Below the pieces are notes generated by a model that was not told the origin of the DNA, ran no database searches, and worked only from the letters and a program-made list of their open reading frames with translations. From NCBI GenBank assembly GCA_963822445.1, contig CAWGHO010000003.1, forward strand, positions 928,001-992,000: a stretch of 64,000 nucleotides of DNA, written 5' to 3'. The position numbers and the translations under genes were made by a program. Every line of letters begins with the position of its first letter. The stretch's first letter is position 1. This DNA comes from an uncultured Acidobacteriota bacterium. GTDB lineage: Bacteria; Acidobacteriota; Thermoanaerobaculia; Gp7-AA8. This document shows positions 49,901-57,927 of this stretch, piece after piece.

Positions 49901-50695
49901 CGTCTCGGCTTTGTTGTGCGAAAGGTTGAGAAACGTGGCGATGCCGGCGGAGGCGGTCGCGGAAAGCGTTCCCTGAATCGCCGGGGAGCCGCCGCCATCC
50001 CGGGCGGCGCTGACGCTGGTGGTGTTGTCCGTCGTTCGCAGATTGCCGTGCTGGTCTTCGACGCGAATGGCCGGCTGCGGCGCGAAGGCTACGCCCGCGG
50101 TGGCGGCCGAAGAGGGCTGCGTATCGACGGACAGTTGCTTCGCCGCGCCGAACGTCATCGACAGCGATCCGAAGTTCGTGGCGCCGCTGACGCCGTTGAT
50201 GGTGGAGGTGCTCGCCGCGCCGCGCACGATGTCGCCGGCAGGCGTATTGCCCAGGACACCGTCATTGGGTCGTACCCGCAGACCGCTGACGGTCAGCGTG
50301 TCGGCTGCGGTCGTGTTGTTGATGCGGAACTGGACGGTTGCGGCCGTGGCCGTGACGCCGATGCTTGGTGGATTCTGAAAGTCCGAAGGGCCGCCGTTGC
50401 GGGTGGTACTGCCCTGGCTTGCCTCGAAGCTCCAGCCAGTCGGCGGTTCGAGGACGAGGGTGACGACGCTGCCGCCGCTGTGCGCGAAATCGGTGTTCGC
50501 TCCTTCGACGATGATGATGTTTACCAGCGCCGTGTACGCGGGTGTCGTCGCGTTCGCAGCTTTGTCGGCGCTGATGTTCGTACCGCCGCTTGCCGGTGTC
50601 ACTGTCACCGCTGCCTGAGCGCTGACGGCAAACATCGCCACGAGAGTGACTACGAGCGCGAATCGATTCTGCTTCTTCAATCTATCCTCCGTCAT
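40979..50695 (-). CDS. Giant (3238 aa) secreted Ig-like repeat surface protein or adhesin
   Basis: Signal peptide, many approximately 100-aa T/G/A-rich repeats (D.FGN…Y.GTV.F.S.D), a beta-helix-like middle, DUF11/Fn3-like domains and a duplicated C-terminal module. Confidence 0.9.
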   Translation of the reverse strand: MTEDRLKKQNRFALVVTLVAMFAVSAQAAVTVTPASGGTNISADKAANATTPAYTALVNIIIVEGANTDFAHSGGSVVTLVLEPPTGWSFEASQGSTTRNGGPSDFQNPPSIGVTATAATVQFRINNTTAADTLTVSGLRVRPNDGVLGNTPAGDIVRGAASTSTINGVSGATNFGSLSMTFGAAKQLSVDTQPSSAATAGVAFAPQPAIRVEDQHGNLRTTDNTTSVSAARDGGGSPAIQGTLSATASAGIATFLNLSHNKAETISLAFSSSGLTGTTSNNVVVSAANASTVKFTTHPGGATAGAAFSTQPVLQTFDAFDNLSNGGLAASVPITLAVASGPGTFHGSSTTLHDIGTGGGNGTITGLDLRIDTAGAHTLSASGFGTATSDAFTVAAGPADHLAMVQDLPANATAGVAFSPAPAVRIFDAFGNPTSATNTITATRNSGSGTAALQGDTSEDAVGGLATFNDLRYNVAGETIAVDFASIGLTGVTSGSVTVAAGPAASFDVSTPASAQAGDVISVSVTARDSGGNVATGYTGTVQFTSNDAQAVLPGDYTFLAGDNGVKSFNVTLKTSGNRTVTATDGGINGTSNNVNVSPGAPLTLSLTAPVNATAGNAFNVTVAARDAFNNVAPSYTGTVHFTSGDPQATMPANYTFLVADNGAKILSFTLGTSGVQSITGTDTVTATITGNKNVTVVAGAATSMTITGPANTTAGDAFDVTVTLRDAFSNIATGYTGTVAFSSTDVMATLPANYPFTGGDAGQRVFSVTLKNAGTHTITANDGTLTDATDNIDVAPAAAASLTTSAPANAIAGDAFDFTVTARDAFGNIATGYAETVGFTSTDGIAILPADYAFTGADSGVRTFSATLKTSGTRTITANDGTFSDASNSISVAPGTATNFVVALPATSTAGTAFSATITAKDAFTNTATGYTGTIGFSSDDPQGVLPGNYTFVSGDNGVRTFTNALTLKTAGSRSVTATDTVSASINGNNTMTVNATTVAGLGFTTQPGGAVAGSTFTAVVKTQDAFGNNSIVGLANNANIALDIASGTGTLQGGGNINAGNNGATPGTATFSNLRIDTAGIKTLAASNNQLTGATSAAFTVDPGPATSLFFTTDPGGAAAGSAFGTQPAIETRDAFGNDSSSGLGGSRIVTIALQSGTGTLQGTTTVDIGTANGNGAGTYSGLRIDTTGAKTLSISAPGLTGATSNSFTVAPGPAAVIVKLAGDNQTAPAGSTLPTDPSVRIEDAFTNAIPSQPVTFAPAAGSGSVTGGSQTTNGSGVATVTSWTLGPTAGANTLNVTAGAASTSFSAIGICTYTTLASGTWNDGSTWVGGCVPTIADDAVIAEGHTVTVTADASAGTLTFDAATISSAVVLNNGVTLSVEGLLRIEAPLNANIEAVMNVGHGTLDIGGLEMNGAGNRKAILTVAGGTVNLDGNATFPGNPPTQILEITGAGSMNITGNFAAGSTLELSPTSTITFNGSQLQTIGSYNPNNFFSNLVIDSDVTMLGNLPVSDSLVINSGRSLNAGSGSLHLHGDMTVNGGFSTTGNLNVNGTSPQTIDGTTSPIALHNVTMNNAAGLTLATQVTAGGTLTLTLGNIDTGANTLTILGSGSVSRTSGHVIGNLARVFTAAGTKAFDVGTANGYSPVSVNATTGTFPATVTTTAVQGAHPNSPTANALQRYWTLNAGGVTAADLTFTYLPADVVGNELAYRLARHSGGWAYPTASVDTILHTASGAGITSFGDFTLHAQAVGIAITSVNGGVNPVAGTPFDVVVQAVDALGNATGVPANTPIALTLDTGTGPLGGTLNGAIAFGNTGTTISGVTYTKAESGVILTATATGGVSAADDSDPFTVDPGATTHFTVAAPPTATAGVAFNATITALDAYDNVTPAFSGTVIVTSTDGDATLPADGTLTGGTRLDSITLRTSGNQTITATSGVITGSAEVAVAAAATDHFTINAPATTIAGDPFAATVTALDAFDNVTTTYSGTVSFTSSDPVATLPPGYAFNAGSDQGDHAFTGLALITAGTQTITVTDGPITGQATIDVQHAALDHFRVEAPAGGNIAPQQAGVAFAVRITARDAFGNTHTAFSGTLDLSSNAGTVSPLTVTFAGADNGVKTINVTLTAANAAATVTATHAPSGNSGSSNSFVVSAAGAANHLVEAGGGGNIGPQTAGIPFPVRITARDTFGNTATGFTGTLTVTTDVGDIAPTNVTFIASDNGVKTINVTLTASGAGRTITAADTNGAGTSNPFTVNAGPLHHFAIESAGGGTIPPQTAGAPFAIRISALDVHNNVVVSFNGTGNTVDISSSGTLSAGAGTTATFANGLLASHGLNFGTGGSSFTITATRTGGSESGTATIIIGGLPNLAVSVNGPASAMAGEGDDYSVVIRNNGSSPAANTSVSLTPPAGWILQPSAPCASFPCNIGTVGAGAQQTINFRLITPLGTAGGLYTITASASSSSGESDPSDNSDTFSTRVAACPTVSNMRPVTRGAASGELTWSAPGASRFDVYLGVQGSGCTTLVGNITAPRFAYSNLQPNTTYEWRVVAHRSGCGVITSACARFTTEEEDVCAAPRISAVSETSTRSSFHVRWSDVHTTRYQLQQSSSTDFTSATQFEVNGSSRLFRFDVASPTAYYFRVKGVDGCSDEWSRTLRVVVQPMSSGTENDFDIPIERGSTDQLTQPAGLTPEEGVGISANASFIAVSNAAWLKVTPASGTIPPSGLVLALTADPATLRSGSTTGTVSVRAPDNSLITTYSVTVHAMEPVEESGKSASQPAAVIPAVGHAAGIGSHWRSDVRIYNPSATAAAYDLLFTPSRTDGTLEGRRSTMTIEAGATLALGDVVRRIFGYGAMGESATGALEIRPVDGSSNAVISSRTYNQTDSGTYGQFIPAIPASAFAGTGTTLSLQQLAQSAAYRTNVGLVEGSGNAANVIVRFYNATGQKLAEETIALAPFEHQQIDSMLARHDVKIDDARLEVEVSSSKGTVAAYASLVDNVTSDPLLVTGVVPAAVNAQRYVVPGVAHYATGRNNWRSDVRIYNAGEASISATLTFHPEGGAGAVTRMVTLFGREVKAYDNIIEQMFGKTQSGGALHVSTSTASKLVVTARTYDRRDTGGTYGQFIPAMTIADASRLGGRAIDVLQLEQSARFRSNVGVAEVAGHSAQVEVIATGGDGQTSSMTIDLAPYEFRQYGSLLANLGLDGATNARVSIRVIGGNGAVIGYGSAIDNRTQDPTYVPAQ

Positions 50696-51017
50696 ACGGC
50701 AGCCGGGTTGCGGCAGGTGTTCCGGGCGACACGTCGGTCAGGACGTGAACTTCAGTGAATTCGACGGCGAGTGCCCAGGCGGCGCGGACCTTGTGCGCGC
50801 GGCGGACGCGCCCCAGGCAATGGAGCCGGGTGGCCATGTCGGGGTCGCTGAACGTGACTTCGATGACCGCGTCGAACGCGTCGCCGGCGGCGAATTTCCT
50901 GGGCGACACGATGAGCGCGCCGCCCATCCCGATGTTTCGCGTGAAACCGCGAGCCTCGCCGATGAAGACCGGCAGGGCGAGGTCGTACCGCGTCACGCCG
51001 CGGCGTTCTGCGCACAT
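50682..51017 (-). CDS. PilZ-domain protein
   Basis: RxxxR (RGVTR) and NIGMGG (variant of D/NxSxxG); ends in AVEF. Confidence 0.8.
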   Translation of the reverse strand: MCAERRGVTRYDLALPVFIGEARGFTRNIGMGGALIVSPRKFAAGDAFDAVIEVTFSDPDMATRLHCLGRVRRAHKVRAAWALAVEFTEVHVLTDVSPGTPAATRLPYDGG

Positions 51018-51102
51018 GAATTGAGCTCCTTGGACTATTGGACCGGGTTGGAGTATCGGCTCGACGCGGGCGCGACGCCATTCATCGGGGGGCGGTAGGA
51101 GG

Positions 51103-51118
51103 TATATCGAAAGTTATA
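51103..51118. promoter_or_regulatory. Candidate response-regulator operator
   Basis: TATATC-GAAA-GTTATA near-palindrome in the divergent promoter region, related to the site at 53485. Confidence 0.45.
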
Positions 51119-51149
51119 GAGCCCAGGTCGTCGCTTATGCTCTGGCACC

Positions 51150-52862
51150 GTGGAACGGGGTCTTCTCGAGCATGCGCGTGGCGAACGGATCATCGCCACC
51201 GGCCGGGTCATGCTGGCGATATTCACCACTCTGGTCGTCTATGTCGACCCGGATGTGAGTGATTCGCAGCTCCGGCTGCTGCCGATTACGGCCGGTTTCG
51301 CTGTTTATGCCATTCTGGTGGGTCTCGTCGGATGGCGCGCCCCGGTGGTCGCCGTGCGCGCCAGGCTCCTGGTTCACATCGTCGATTTCCTGCTCTTCTC
51401 CACCTTTATCGAGCTAACCCACGCATCGGTCAGCCCGTTTTTCATCTTTTTTCTCTTTTCACTCCTCTCGGCGCTGCTCCGGTTCGGAGTGAGGGGAATG
51501 TTGATCACCGCGGCGGTGTCCATCGCGACGTACGTCGGCCTCGCAACGACCGACGCGATGATCCGCAGCGATCCCGGTTACCTGATCATGAGGGTCACGT
51601 CGCTCAGCGTGGCCACGTTGCTGCTCGCATACGTCGGCGCGTACTACGAGCGGGTCCGGACCGAGCTCACGAAGCTGGCTGCGTGGCCGCCTCTCGTCTC
51701 CGATCAGACCGAGCCGATGATTCGCGAGACGCTGCTCCTCGTCCGTGACCTGATGGCGGCACCAAGGACGCTGCTGGTCTGGGAAGAGGAGGAAGAACCC
51801 TGGACGACCGTGGCCATGCTCGCCGATGGTGAGCTGGAGATGACGCGCGAGGCACCAGGCTTTCTGGAGATGATGGTGAGCGCCGCCGCGCGCGAAGCGA
51901 CGTTCCTCGAGCGCAACGGCCGCGATACGACAGCGCTGCTGGTGACCGACCGCGGAACGCGGCGCGAAGGGACATCGGCACTCACGCCGGAGGGCGCGGC
52001 ACGATTTCGTCCCCAGGCGATGCTCTCCGCGCCGGTGCGGGGACAGACGATCAGCGGCCGGATCTTCTTCTTCGATCGGAACGACGTACAGGTGGACGAT
52101 GTCGTCGTGGTGGAGATCGTGGCCCGGCTCGTGGCGGCACGTCTCGATCAGCTCAACATCGCCCTCCGCACGCGCTTCGCGGCGGTGGCACAGGAGCGCC
52201 TGCGCATGGCCCGCGATCTCCACGACGGGTTTCTGCAGTCCCTGACCGCCGCCTCGCTGCAGCTCGAAATGACGAACCGGCTGATCGAAACCGACCCGGC
52301 TTCGGCGCGCGCCCGGCTGCAGAACGTGCAGGATCTCATCGCCGCCGACCAGTCCGAGTTGCGCTCGCTGATCAACGCCCTCCGCCCCGAGGCGGCATTG
52401 CCCCGAAAGACCCTCGCCGCTCGTCTCGAGGAACTGGCCGAGCGCCTGCGCCGGCAGTGGGACGTGGAGGTGGCAATCACCATCGAGTCCTCGGCGGTGG
52501 GTCTCCCGGACGACCTCGCGTCGGAGATCTACAACATCATCACCGAAGGCGCGGTCAACGCCGCGAAGCACGGACGCGCGTCGCGAATCGGGGTGGAGCT
52601 CTACACGGATGCAGCCGAGATCGCGATGATCGTCGCCGACGACGGTACGGGGTTTTCGTTCACGGGCGCATACACGCTCGAGGAATTGAACATGGATCGC
52701 CGCGGACCGGTGACGCTGAAGGAACGGGTCGCGGCACTCGGCGGCGATCTGATGCTCTACTCCACGCCGAAGGGCTCCCGCGTCGACATCCGCCTGGGCC
52801 GCGGGCTGGCGTCGAGTCCTGCTACTCTCCAACGCGATGCCGATACGAATCGTCCTGGCTGA
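51150..52862 (+). CDS. Membrane sensor histidine kinase (HisKA_3 type)
   Basis: ERLRMARDLHDGFLQ, EGAVNAAKH and DDGTGF; multi-TM N-terminus. Confidence 0.93.
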   Translation: MERGLLEHARGERIIATGRVMLAIFTTLVVYVDPDVSDSQLRLLPITAGFAVYAILVGLVGWRAPVVAVRARLLVHIVDFLLFSTFIELTHASVSPFFIFFLFSLLSALLRFGVRGMLITAAVSIATYVGLATTDAMIRSDPGYLIMRVTSLSVATLLLAYVGAYYERVRTELTKLAAWPPLVSDQTEPMIRETLLLVRDLMAAPRTLLVWEEEEEPWTTVAMLADGELEMTREAPGFLEMMVSAAAREATFLERNGRDTTALLVTDRGTRREGTSALTPEGAARFRPQAMLSAPVRGQTISGRIFFFDRNDVQVDDVVVVEIVARLVAARLDQLNIALRTRFAAVAQERLRMARDLHDGFLQSLTAASLQLEMTNRLIETDPASARARLQNVQDLIAADQSELRSLINALRPEAALPRKTLAARLEELAERLRRQWDVEVAITIESSAVGLPDDLASEIYNIITEGAVNAAKHGRASRIGVELYTDAAEIAMIVADDGTGFSFTGAYTLEELNMDRRGPVTLKERVAALGGDLMLYSTPKGSRVDIRLGRGLASSPATLQRDADTNRPG

Positions 52863-53475
52863 TGACCATCGCATCGTGCTCGATGGACTCGCCCAGCTGC
52901 TGTCGCTGGAGAGCGACTTCGACATCCTGCTGCGATGCACCGACGGCACGGAGGCGCTGGCGGCGGTCGAGCGCGCGCGGCCTGACGTTCTCATCGCCGA
53001 TGTGAAGATGCCCGGGCTCACCGGGCTGGAGCTCCTTCGACGACTTCACGAGAGCGGAAGCGCCACGCGAGTCGTGCTGCTGACGGCCCAGATGACCGAC
53101 AGCCAGGTGGTGGAAGCGGTGCGCATGAATGTCGGCGGGATCGTTCTGAAAGAGTCGGCGTCGCGGACGCTCGTGCAGTGCGTCCGGGTGGTTGCCGGCG
53201 GCGATCGCTGGCTCGATCAGGAGACCATTCACAGCGCGCTCGAGTCGATGCTGCGCCGGGAGGCTGGGATCGCCCGCGCGAGCAAGACCCTCACGAAGCG
53301 CGAGCTCGAGATCGTGCGCATGGTGGCCACGGGACTGCGCAACAAGCAGATCGCCGACAAGCTCACCATCACCGAGGGGACCGTGAAGATGCATCTGCAC
53401 TCGATCTACGAGAAGCTGAACATCTCCGGCCGCGTCGAGCTGAGCAACTACGCGCGCGAGAACGAGCTCGCCTGA
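52837..53475 (+). CDS. NarL/FixJ-family response regulator
   Basis: LADDH, IADVKMP and LuxR HTH LTKRELEI…NKQIA…TVKMH. Confidence 0.95.
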   Translation: MPIRIVLADDHRIVLDGLAQLLSLESDFDILLRCTDGTEALAAVERARPDVLIADVKMPGLTGLELLRRLHESGSATRVVLLTAQMTDSQVVEAVRMNVGGIVLKESASRTLVQCVRVVAGGDRWLDQETIHSALESMLRREAGIARASKTLTKRELEIVRMVATGLRNKQIADKLTITEGTVKMHLHSIYEKLNISGRVELSNYARENELA

Positions 53476-53484
53476 ACGGAACCG

Positions 53485-53500
53485 TATACCCATCGGTATA
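53485..53500. promoter_or_regulatory. Candidate response-regulator operator
   Basis: Perfect palindrome TATACC-CATC-GGTATA. Confidence 0.5.
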
Positions 53501-53657
53501 TTGCGGTCGCAGCGCGCCGCGCCTATCTTGCGCCTGTCCGGAACACTTCAGCGTCCTGTCCCAACAACTGAGCGAAACGCAGCAAACGCCAGAGAGAGTC
53601 TGGCTTCAGAGAAGAACTACGCCGTCAACGCCCGCACGACCAGAGGAGAGAGATCAC

Positions 53658-54170
53658 ATGAGACACATTCTCGTAGTTTTGGCAGCAATCGCCATCGTCG
53701 CCGTACCCACGTTCGCCGCGGTCACGTTGAACCCGTCCACAATGACCGGCTTCGTCGGCAAAGGCGACGTCCAGCTGGCCTTCGGCTGGAACAACAAACA
53801 GATGCAGCAGAATCAGGACGGGGTCGGCTTCTACTACGAAGCCAGCGCCACGTATCAGCAGAGCTGCATCAAGGAAACGCAGCGCCACACGATCAGGCAC
53901 GTCTACACGAAAAAAGCGGCGATCGCCACGGAGATCAGCCGGGACGCGCGCCAGAAGAACCAGATGGTCGGGTACATCCTGACCGGAGCGGACGTGCAGG
54001 ACGACAGCGGCGCGCCTTTGAACGTCTGCCCGGGCGGCTTCGACGTGGATCTCGACGGTGAATTCCCGGTTCCGACACTGGTCGAAGGGGAGAGCGTCAG
54101 TGGTCTCTACACGACCTACGGCGACTCCAAAGTGCAGCTGACCTGGCCGGTCGTCGTCGTCCTTCCGTAA
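53658..54170 (+). CDS. Secreted hypothetical protein
   Basis: GAGGAG RBS, signal peptide, GFVGKGDVQLAFGWNN motif and two Cys. Confidence 0.8.
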   Translation: MRHILVVLAAIAIVAVPTFAAVTLNPSTMTGFVGKGDVQLAFGWNNKQMQQNQDGVGFYYEASATYQQSCIKETQRHTIRHVYTKKAAIATEISRDARQKNQMVGYILTGADVQDDSGAPLNVCPGGFDVDLDGEFPVPTLVEGESVSGLYTTYGDSKVQLTWPVVVVLP

Positions 54171-54197
54171 CCTGCGCCGCCAACGCCGTCTCGCATC

Positions 54198-54230
54198 CGC
54201 CTCCTTCGCCATGCGGCGAAGGAGGCGTTT
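54198..54230 (+). terminator. Intrinsic (possibly bidirectional) terminator
   Basis: CGCCTCCTTCGCC-ATGC-GGCGAAGGAGGCG-TTT between convergent genes. Confidence 0.8.
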
Positions 54231-54252
54231 CTGTTCATGCGGCTGGCCGGCA

Positions 54253-54906
54253 CTACACCACGCCGTCTTCCACGTTCTTGAGGTGGAACGACAGCGATTC
54301 GAGGTTAATGCGGAGGTCGACCGACTTCACTTTGACCGAAGGCCGCAGCTTCAGCTGCACCGGCGCGAAGTTGAGGATGGCGTGCAGGCCGGCATCCGCG
54401 AACGCTTCGTACACGCCCTGCGCAGCTTCCGCGGTCACGGCGATGATCCCGATCTCCACGCGGTTCCTCTTCACCAGCTCGGGCAGGCGATCGGCCGGCA
54501 GGACGGGGATTCCGGCGCGGGACGTGCGGCCGACCTTGGCCGGGTCGCTGTCGATCATGCCGGTGATGTGGAAGCCGTTGCTGTTGAATCCCGCGTAATC
54601 GGCGAGGGCCATGCCCAGATTTCCGGCGCCGGCGATGATTACGTTGCGCGTGCGGTCGATGCCCAGCTCCTGCACGAGCTGCTGCTTGAGGCGGGAGACG
54701 TCGTATCCGACGCCGCGCGTGCCGAACTCGCCGAAGCAGGCCAGGTCCTTCCGGATCTGCGCGGAATTGAGGTGGAAGCGATCGGCCATCTCGTGCGAGG
54801 AGACGGTCTTCTGCCCCTGGACCTCGAGGAAAGTCAGGCAGCGGAGGTAGACGGAGAGCCGTCCGGTGGTGAGCTCCGAAATCGCTTCGCGGTCATTCGT
54901 GGCCAT
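54253..54906 (-). CDS. rex: Redox-sensing transcriptional repressor Rex
   Basis: RLSVYLR, QIRKDL..FGEFGTRGVGY, GAGNLG and ILNFAP. Confidence 0.96.
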   Translation of the reverse strand: MATNDREAISELTTGRLSVYLRCLTFLEVQGQKTVSSHEMADRFHLNSAQIRKDLACFGEFGTRGVGYDVSRLKQQLVQELGIDRTRNVIIAGAGNLGMALADYAGFNSNGFHITGMIDSDPAKVGRTSRAGIPVLPADRLPELVKRNRVEIGIIAVTAEAAQGVYEAFADAGLHAILNFAPVQLKLRPSVKVKSVDLRINLESLSFHLKNVEDGVV

Positions 54907-54913
54907 GCACGGT

Positions 54914-56374
54914 TCAATGCTGCAACAGCACCCGCGCCGCGTTGTTCGCGGCCTGGAACAGGGGCGTGGGATAGAGGCCGATGGCCAGGATTCCCACGAT
55001 GGCGATGGTCAATCCACCAGCCGCAAACACTCCACCAACAGGAGTCGCCGCAAACCCCTCGGACGGCTCTTTCATGTAGAGGTAGTAGACGACGCGCAGG
55101 TAGTAGTAGACCGAGACGATGCTGGTGAGGATGCCGATCAGCGCGACCGCGGTGTGGCCGGACTCGATGGCGGTCTTGAAGATGTAGAACTTCGACATGA
55201 ATCCCGCAGTCGGTGGTAGGCCGGACAGCGAGAACATGCAGATGGCCAGCGCGAAGCCGTAGAACTTGCGGCGGAAGCCGAGGCCGGCGATGTCGTCGAG
55301 GGTCTGGGGATCGTTCTGATTCTTCATCAGCAGCGAGACCACGCCGAACGCGCCGATGTTCATCAGGGCGTAGGTGATCGTGTAAACCGCGACCGCGGCG
55401 ACGGAATCTTCGCGCACGGTGAGCATGCCGATGGTCATGTAGCCGACGTGAGCGATGCCTGAGTAGGCGAGCATGCGCTTGAGGTCGCGCTGCACGATGG
55501 CCACGGCATTGCCGACGATCATCGAGAGCACCGCCAGCGCGGCGACCATGGTCATCCAGTTGACGCGCGGCAGGATCGGATTCATCGCGTCGAACAAACG
55601 AACCAGCGCGATGAGCGTCGCGGCTTTCGGCGCGACGGAAAGCCACCCGGCGACAGGCGACGGAGCGCCTTGATAAACGTCCGGAGCCCATGGGTGGAAC
55701 GGAGCGAGGGCGAGCTTGAAACCGAAGCCGGCCATCATCAGCACGAAAGCGACCGTCAACAGCGGCGTCGCTTCATTCGCCGCAAACCAGCCGGCCATCT
55801 TGGTGACGTTCGTCGATGCGGTCGCGCCGTAAAACAGGGCGGTTCCGTAGAGGATAAAGCCCGTCGCGAACGCGCCCATGAGGAAGTACTTGAGGCTGGC
55901 CTCGTTCGAGATCGGGAGCTTCCGGTGATAGCCGAGGAGCACGAAGATGCAGACGGAGAGAATCTCCAGCCCGAGGATCACGATGAGAAGATCGAGGCCC
56001 TTGGCCATCATCATCATCCCCACCGTGCCCCACATCAGCAGCGCGTAGTACTCGCCGCCTTCGATGCCTTCCCGCTCGAGGTACTCGCGCGAGAACAGCA
56101 GGGCCATCATCCCGGCGAGCAGAAAGGTGAGGTCGAAGATCATCGTGATCGCGCTGATCTCGTAAGTCCCGCCGAAGAACGTACCGCCTTGCACGAAGAG
56201 GTTCTCGACCCAGGCCGTGGCGATGAAGATCAGAAGCGCCAGCGGAGCGAGGGCGCCTTTTGCGCGAGGCAGGAAGGCGTCGAAGAGGATCAGCAGCATG
56301 CCGCCGCCGCAGAGAATCAGCTCGGGGAGGATCGCCCACTGCCAGCCCGGTTCGAGGAGAGGCTGCAACGTCAT
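54914..56374 (-). CDS. nuoN: NADH-quinone oxidoreductase subunit N
   Basis: EASLKYF, FKLALAPFHPWAPDVYQGAP and KRMLAYS. Confidence 0.96.
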   Translation of the reverse strand: MTLQPLLEPGWQWAILPELILCGGGMLLILFDAFLPRAKGALAPLALLIFIATAWVENLFVQGGTFFGGTYEISAITMIFDLTFLLAGMMALLFSREYLEREGIEGGEYYALLMWGTVGMMMMAKGLDLLIVILGLEILSVCIFVLLGYHRKLPISNEASLKYFLMGAFATGFILYGTALFYGATASTNVTKMAGWFAANEATPLLTVAFVLMMAGFGFKLALAPFHPWAPDVYQGAPSPVAGWLSVAPKAATLIALVRLFDAMNPILPRVNWMTMVAALAVLSMIVGNAVAIVQRDLKRMLAYSGIAHVGYMTIGMLTVREDSVAAVAVYTITYALMNIGAFGVVSLLMKNQNDPQTLDDIAGLGFRRKFYGFALAICMFSLSGLPPTAGFMSKFYIFKTAIESGHTAVALIGILTSIVSVYYYLRVVYYLYMKEPSEGFAATPVGGVFAAGGLTIAIVGILAIGLYPTPLFQAANNAARVLLQH

Positions 56375-57918
56375 CGCGCAGCTCCTTGTACGACAGGCAC
56401 GCTTGCCTGTCGTGCGGCGACCATCGTCTGCGGTCCGCCGCTGGGGCTATGCACCGCCGTGAGCAGATGTTTGACGCTCGGCTCCATCTTTTTGAGGAAC
56501 GTATTCGGGTGCACGCCGATCCACACCATGAAGATCACCAGCGGCACGACCGCCGCGATCTCGTTCCAGGCGATCTCGGGGATGTTCTTGTTTTCCTCGT
56601 TCGTGATCGGGCCGAAGAAGACCTTCTGCACGAGCCACAGGAGATAGATCGCCGCGAGGATGACGCCGCTCGTGGCGATGATCGTCGCCACCGGCGCGGT
56701 CTTGAACGAGCCGGACAGAATCAGGAACTCGCCGATGAATCCGTTCAGGCCGGGCAACCCGACCGAGGAGAGCACGGCGATGATGAAGAACGTGGTAAAG
56801 ACCGGCATCGTCCGTCCGATGCCGCCGTAGTCCGCGAGCAGCCGCGTGTGGCGCCGCTCGTAAACGACGCCGACCAGAAGGAAGAGCGCCCCGGTGGACA
56901 GGCCGTGATTGACCATCTGCAGGATCGAGCCTTCGATCGCGGTCTGGTTCATGGCGAAGATGCCCAGCACGCAGAATCCGAGGTGAGAGACCGAAGAGTA
57001 AGCGACGAGCTTCTTCATGTCCGGCTGCACCCAGGCCACGAGCGCGCCGTAGATGATGCCGATCACCGAGAGGGCGATCATCAATCCCGCCCACCGCGCC
57101 GATGATTCGGGGAAGAACGGCAGGACGAAGCGCAGGAAACCGTACGTCCCCATCTTCAGCATGACGCCGGCGAGGATGATCGAGCCGCCGGTCGGCGCTT
57201 CGACGTGCGCGTCGGGAAGCCAGGTGTGCAGCGGGAACAGCGGGACCTTGATCGCGAAGGCGAGCGCGAACGCGAAGAAGAGCAGCATCTGCGCTTTTGG
57301 CAGCAGCTGCGTGCCGTACAGATCGAGGATGTAGAACGTCGGCAAGCCGGTCTGGTGATAGTTCTGGAAGACGAGGTAGATGATCGCCAGCAGCATCAGC
57401 AGCGATCCGGCGATGGTGAAGAGGAAGAACTTCACCGCGGCGTAGATGCGATTCGCGCCGCCCCACACGCCGATGACCAGGTACATCGGCAGGAGCATGA
57501 GCTCGAAGAAGATGTAGAAGAGGAGGAGGTCCGTGGCCAGGAACGCGCCGATCATGGCCGTTTCCATGACCAGGAAGGAGATCAGGTACTCCTTCGGATG
57601 CTTGTGCAGCGAGTTCCAGCCGGCGAGGAAGATCAGCGGCACGAGGAACGTCGTCAGCAGCACGAGCCACAGCGAGATGCCGTCGATGCCCAGGCTGTAG
57701 TTGATGCCCCACTGCGGGATCCAGGGCTTGTTCTCGACGAATTGAAAGCCCGCCTGCGCGTCGTCCCAGCCGCGTAAGACGCCGAGGGAGATGATGAACG
57801 TGGCTACCGACACGGCCAGGGCGAAGCCTTTGACGGCCGTCGCCGCTGCGCGCGGAAAGAACGCGAGGATGATCGCGCCCGCGAGGGGGAGCCAGAGAAA
57901 TGTGCTCAATAAGGGCAT
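56371..57918 (-). CDS. nuoM: NADH-quinone oxidoreductase subunit M
   Basis: FFELML, AIKVPLFPLHTWLPDAHVEAP and KKLVAYSS. Confidence 0.97.
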   Translation of the reverse strand: MPLLSTFLWLPLAGAIILAFFPRAAATAVKGFALAVSVATFIISLGVLRGWDDAQAGFQFVENKPWIPQWGINYSLGIDGISLWLVLLTTFLVPLIFLAGWNSLHKHPKEYLISFLVMETAMIGAFLATDLLLFYIFFELMLLPMYLVIGVWGGANRIYAAVKFFLFTIAGSLLMLLAIIYLVFQNYHQTGLPTFYILDLYGTQLLPKAQMLLFFAFALAFAIKVPLFPLHTWLPDAHVEAPTGGSIILAGVMLKMGTYGFLRFVLPFFPESSARWAGLMIALSVIGIIYGALVAWVQPDMKKLVAYSSVSHLGFCVLGIFAMNQTAIEGSILQMVNHGLSTGALFLLVGVVYERRHTRLLADYGGIGRTMPVFTTFFIIAVLSSVGLPGLNGFIGEFLILSGSFKTAPVATIIATSGVILAAIYLLWLVQKVFFGPITNEENKNIPEIAWNEIAAVVPLVIFMVWIGVHPNTFLKKMEPSVKHLLTAVHSPSGGPQTMVAARQASVPVVQGAAR

Positions 57919-57927
57919 TGATGACCT

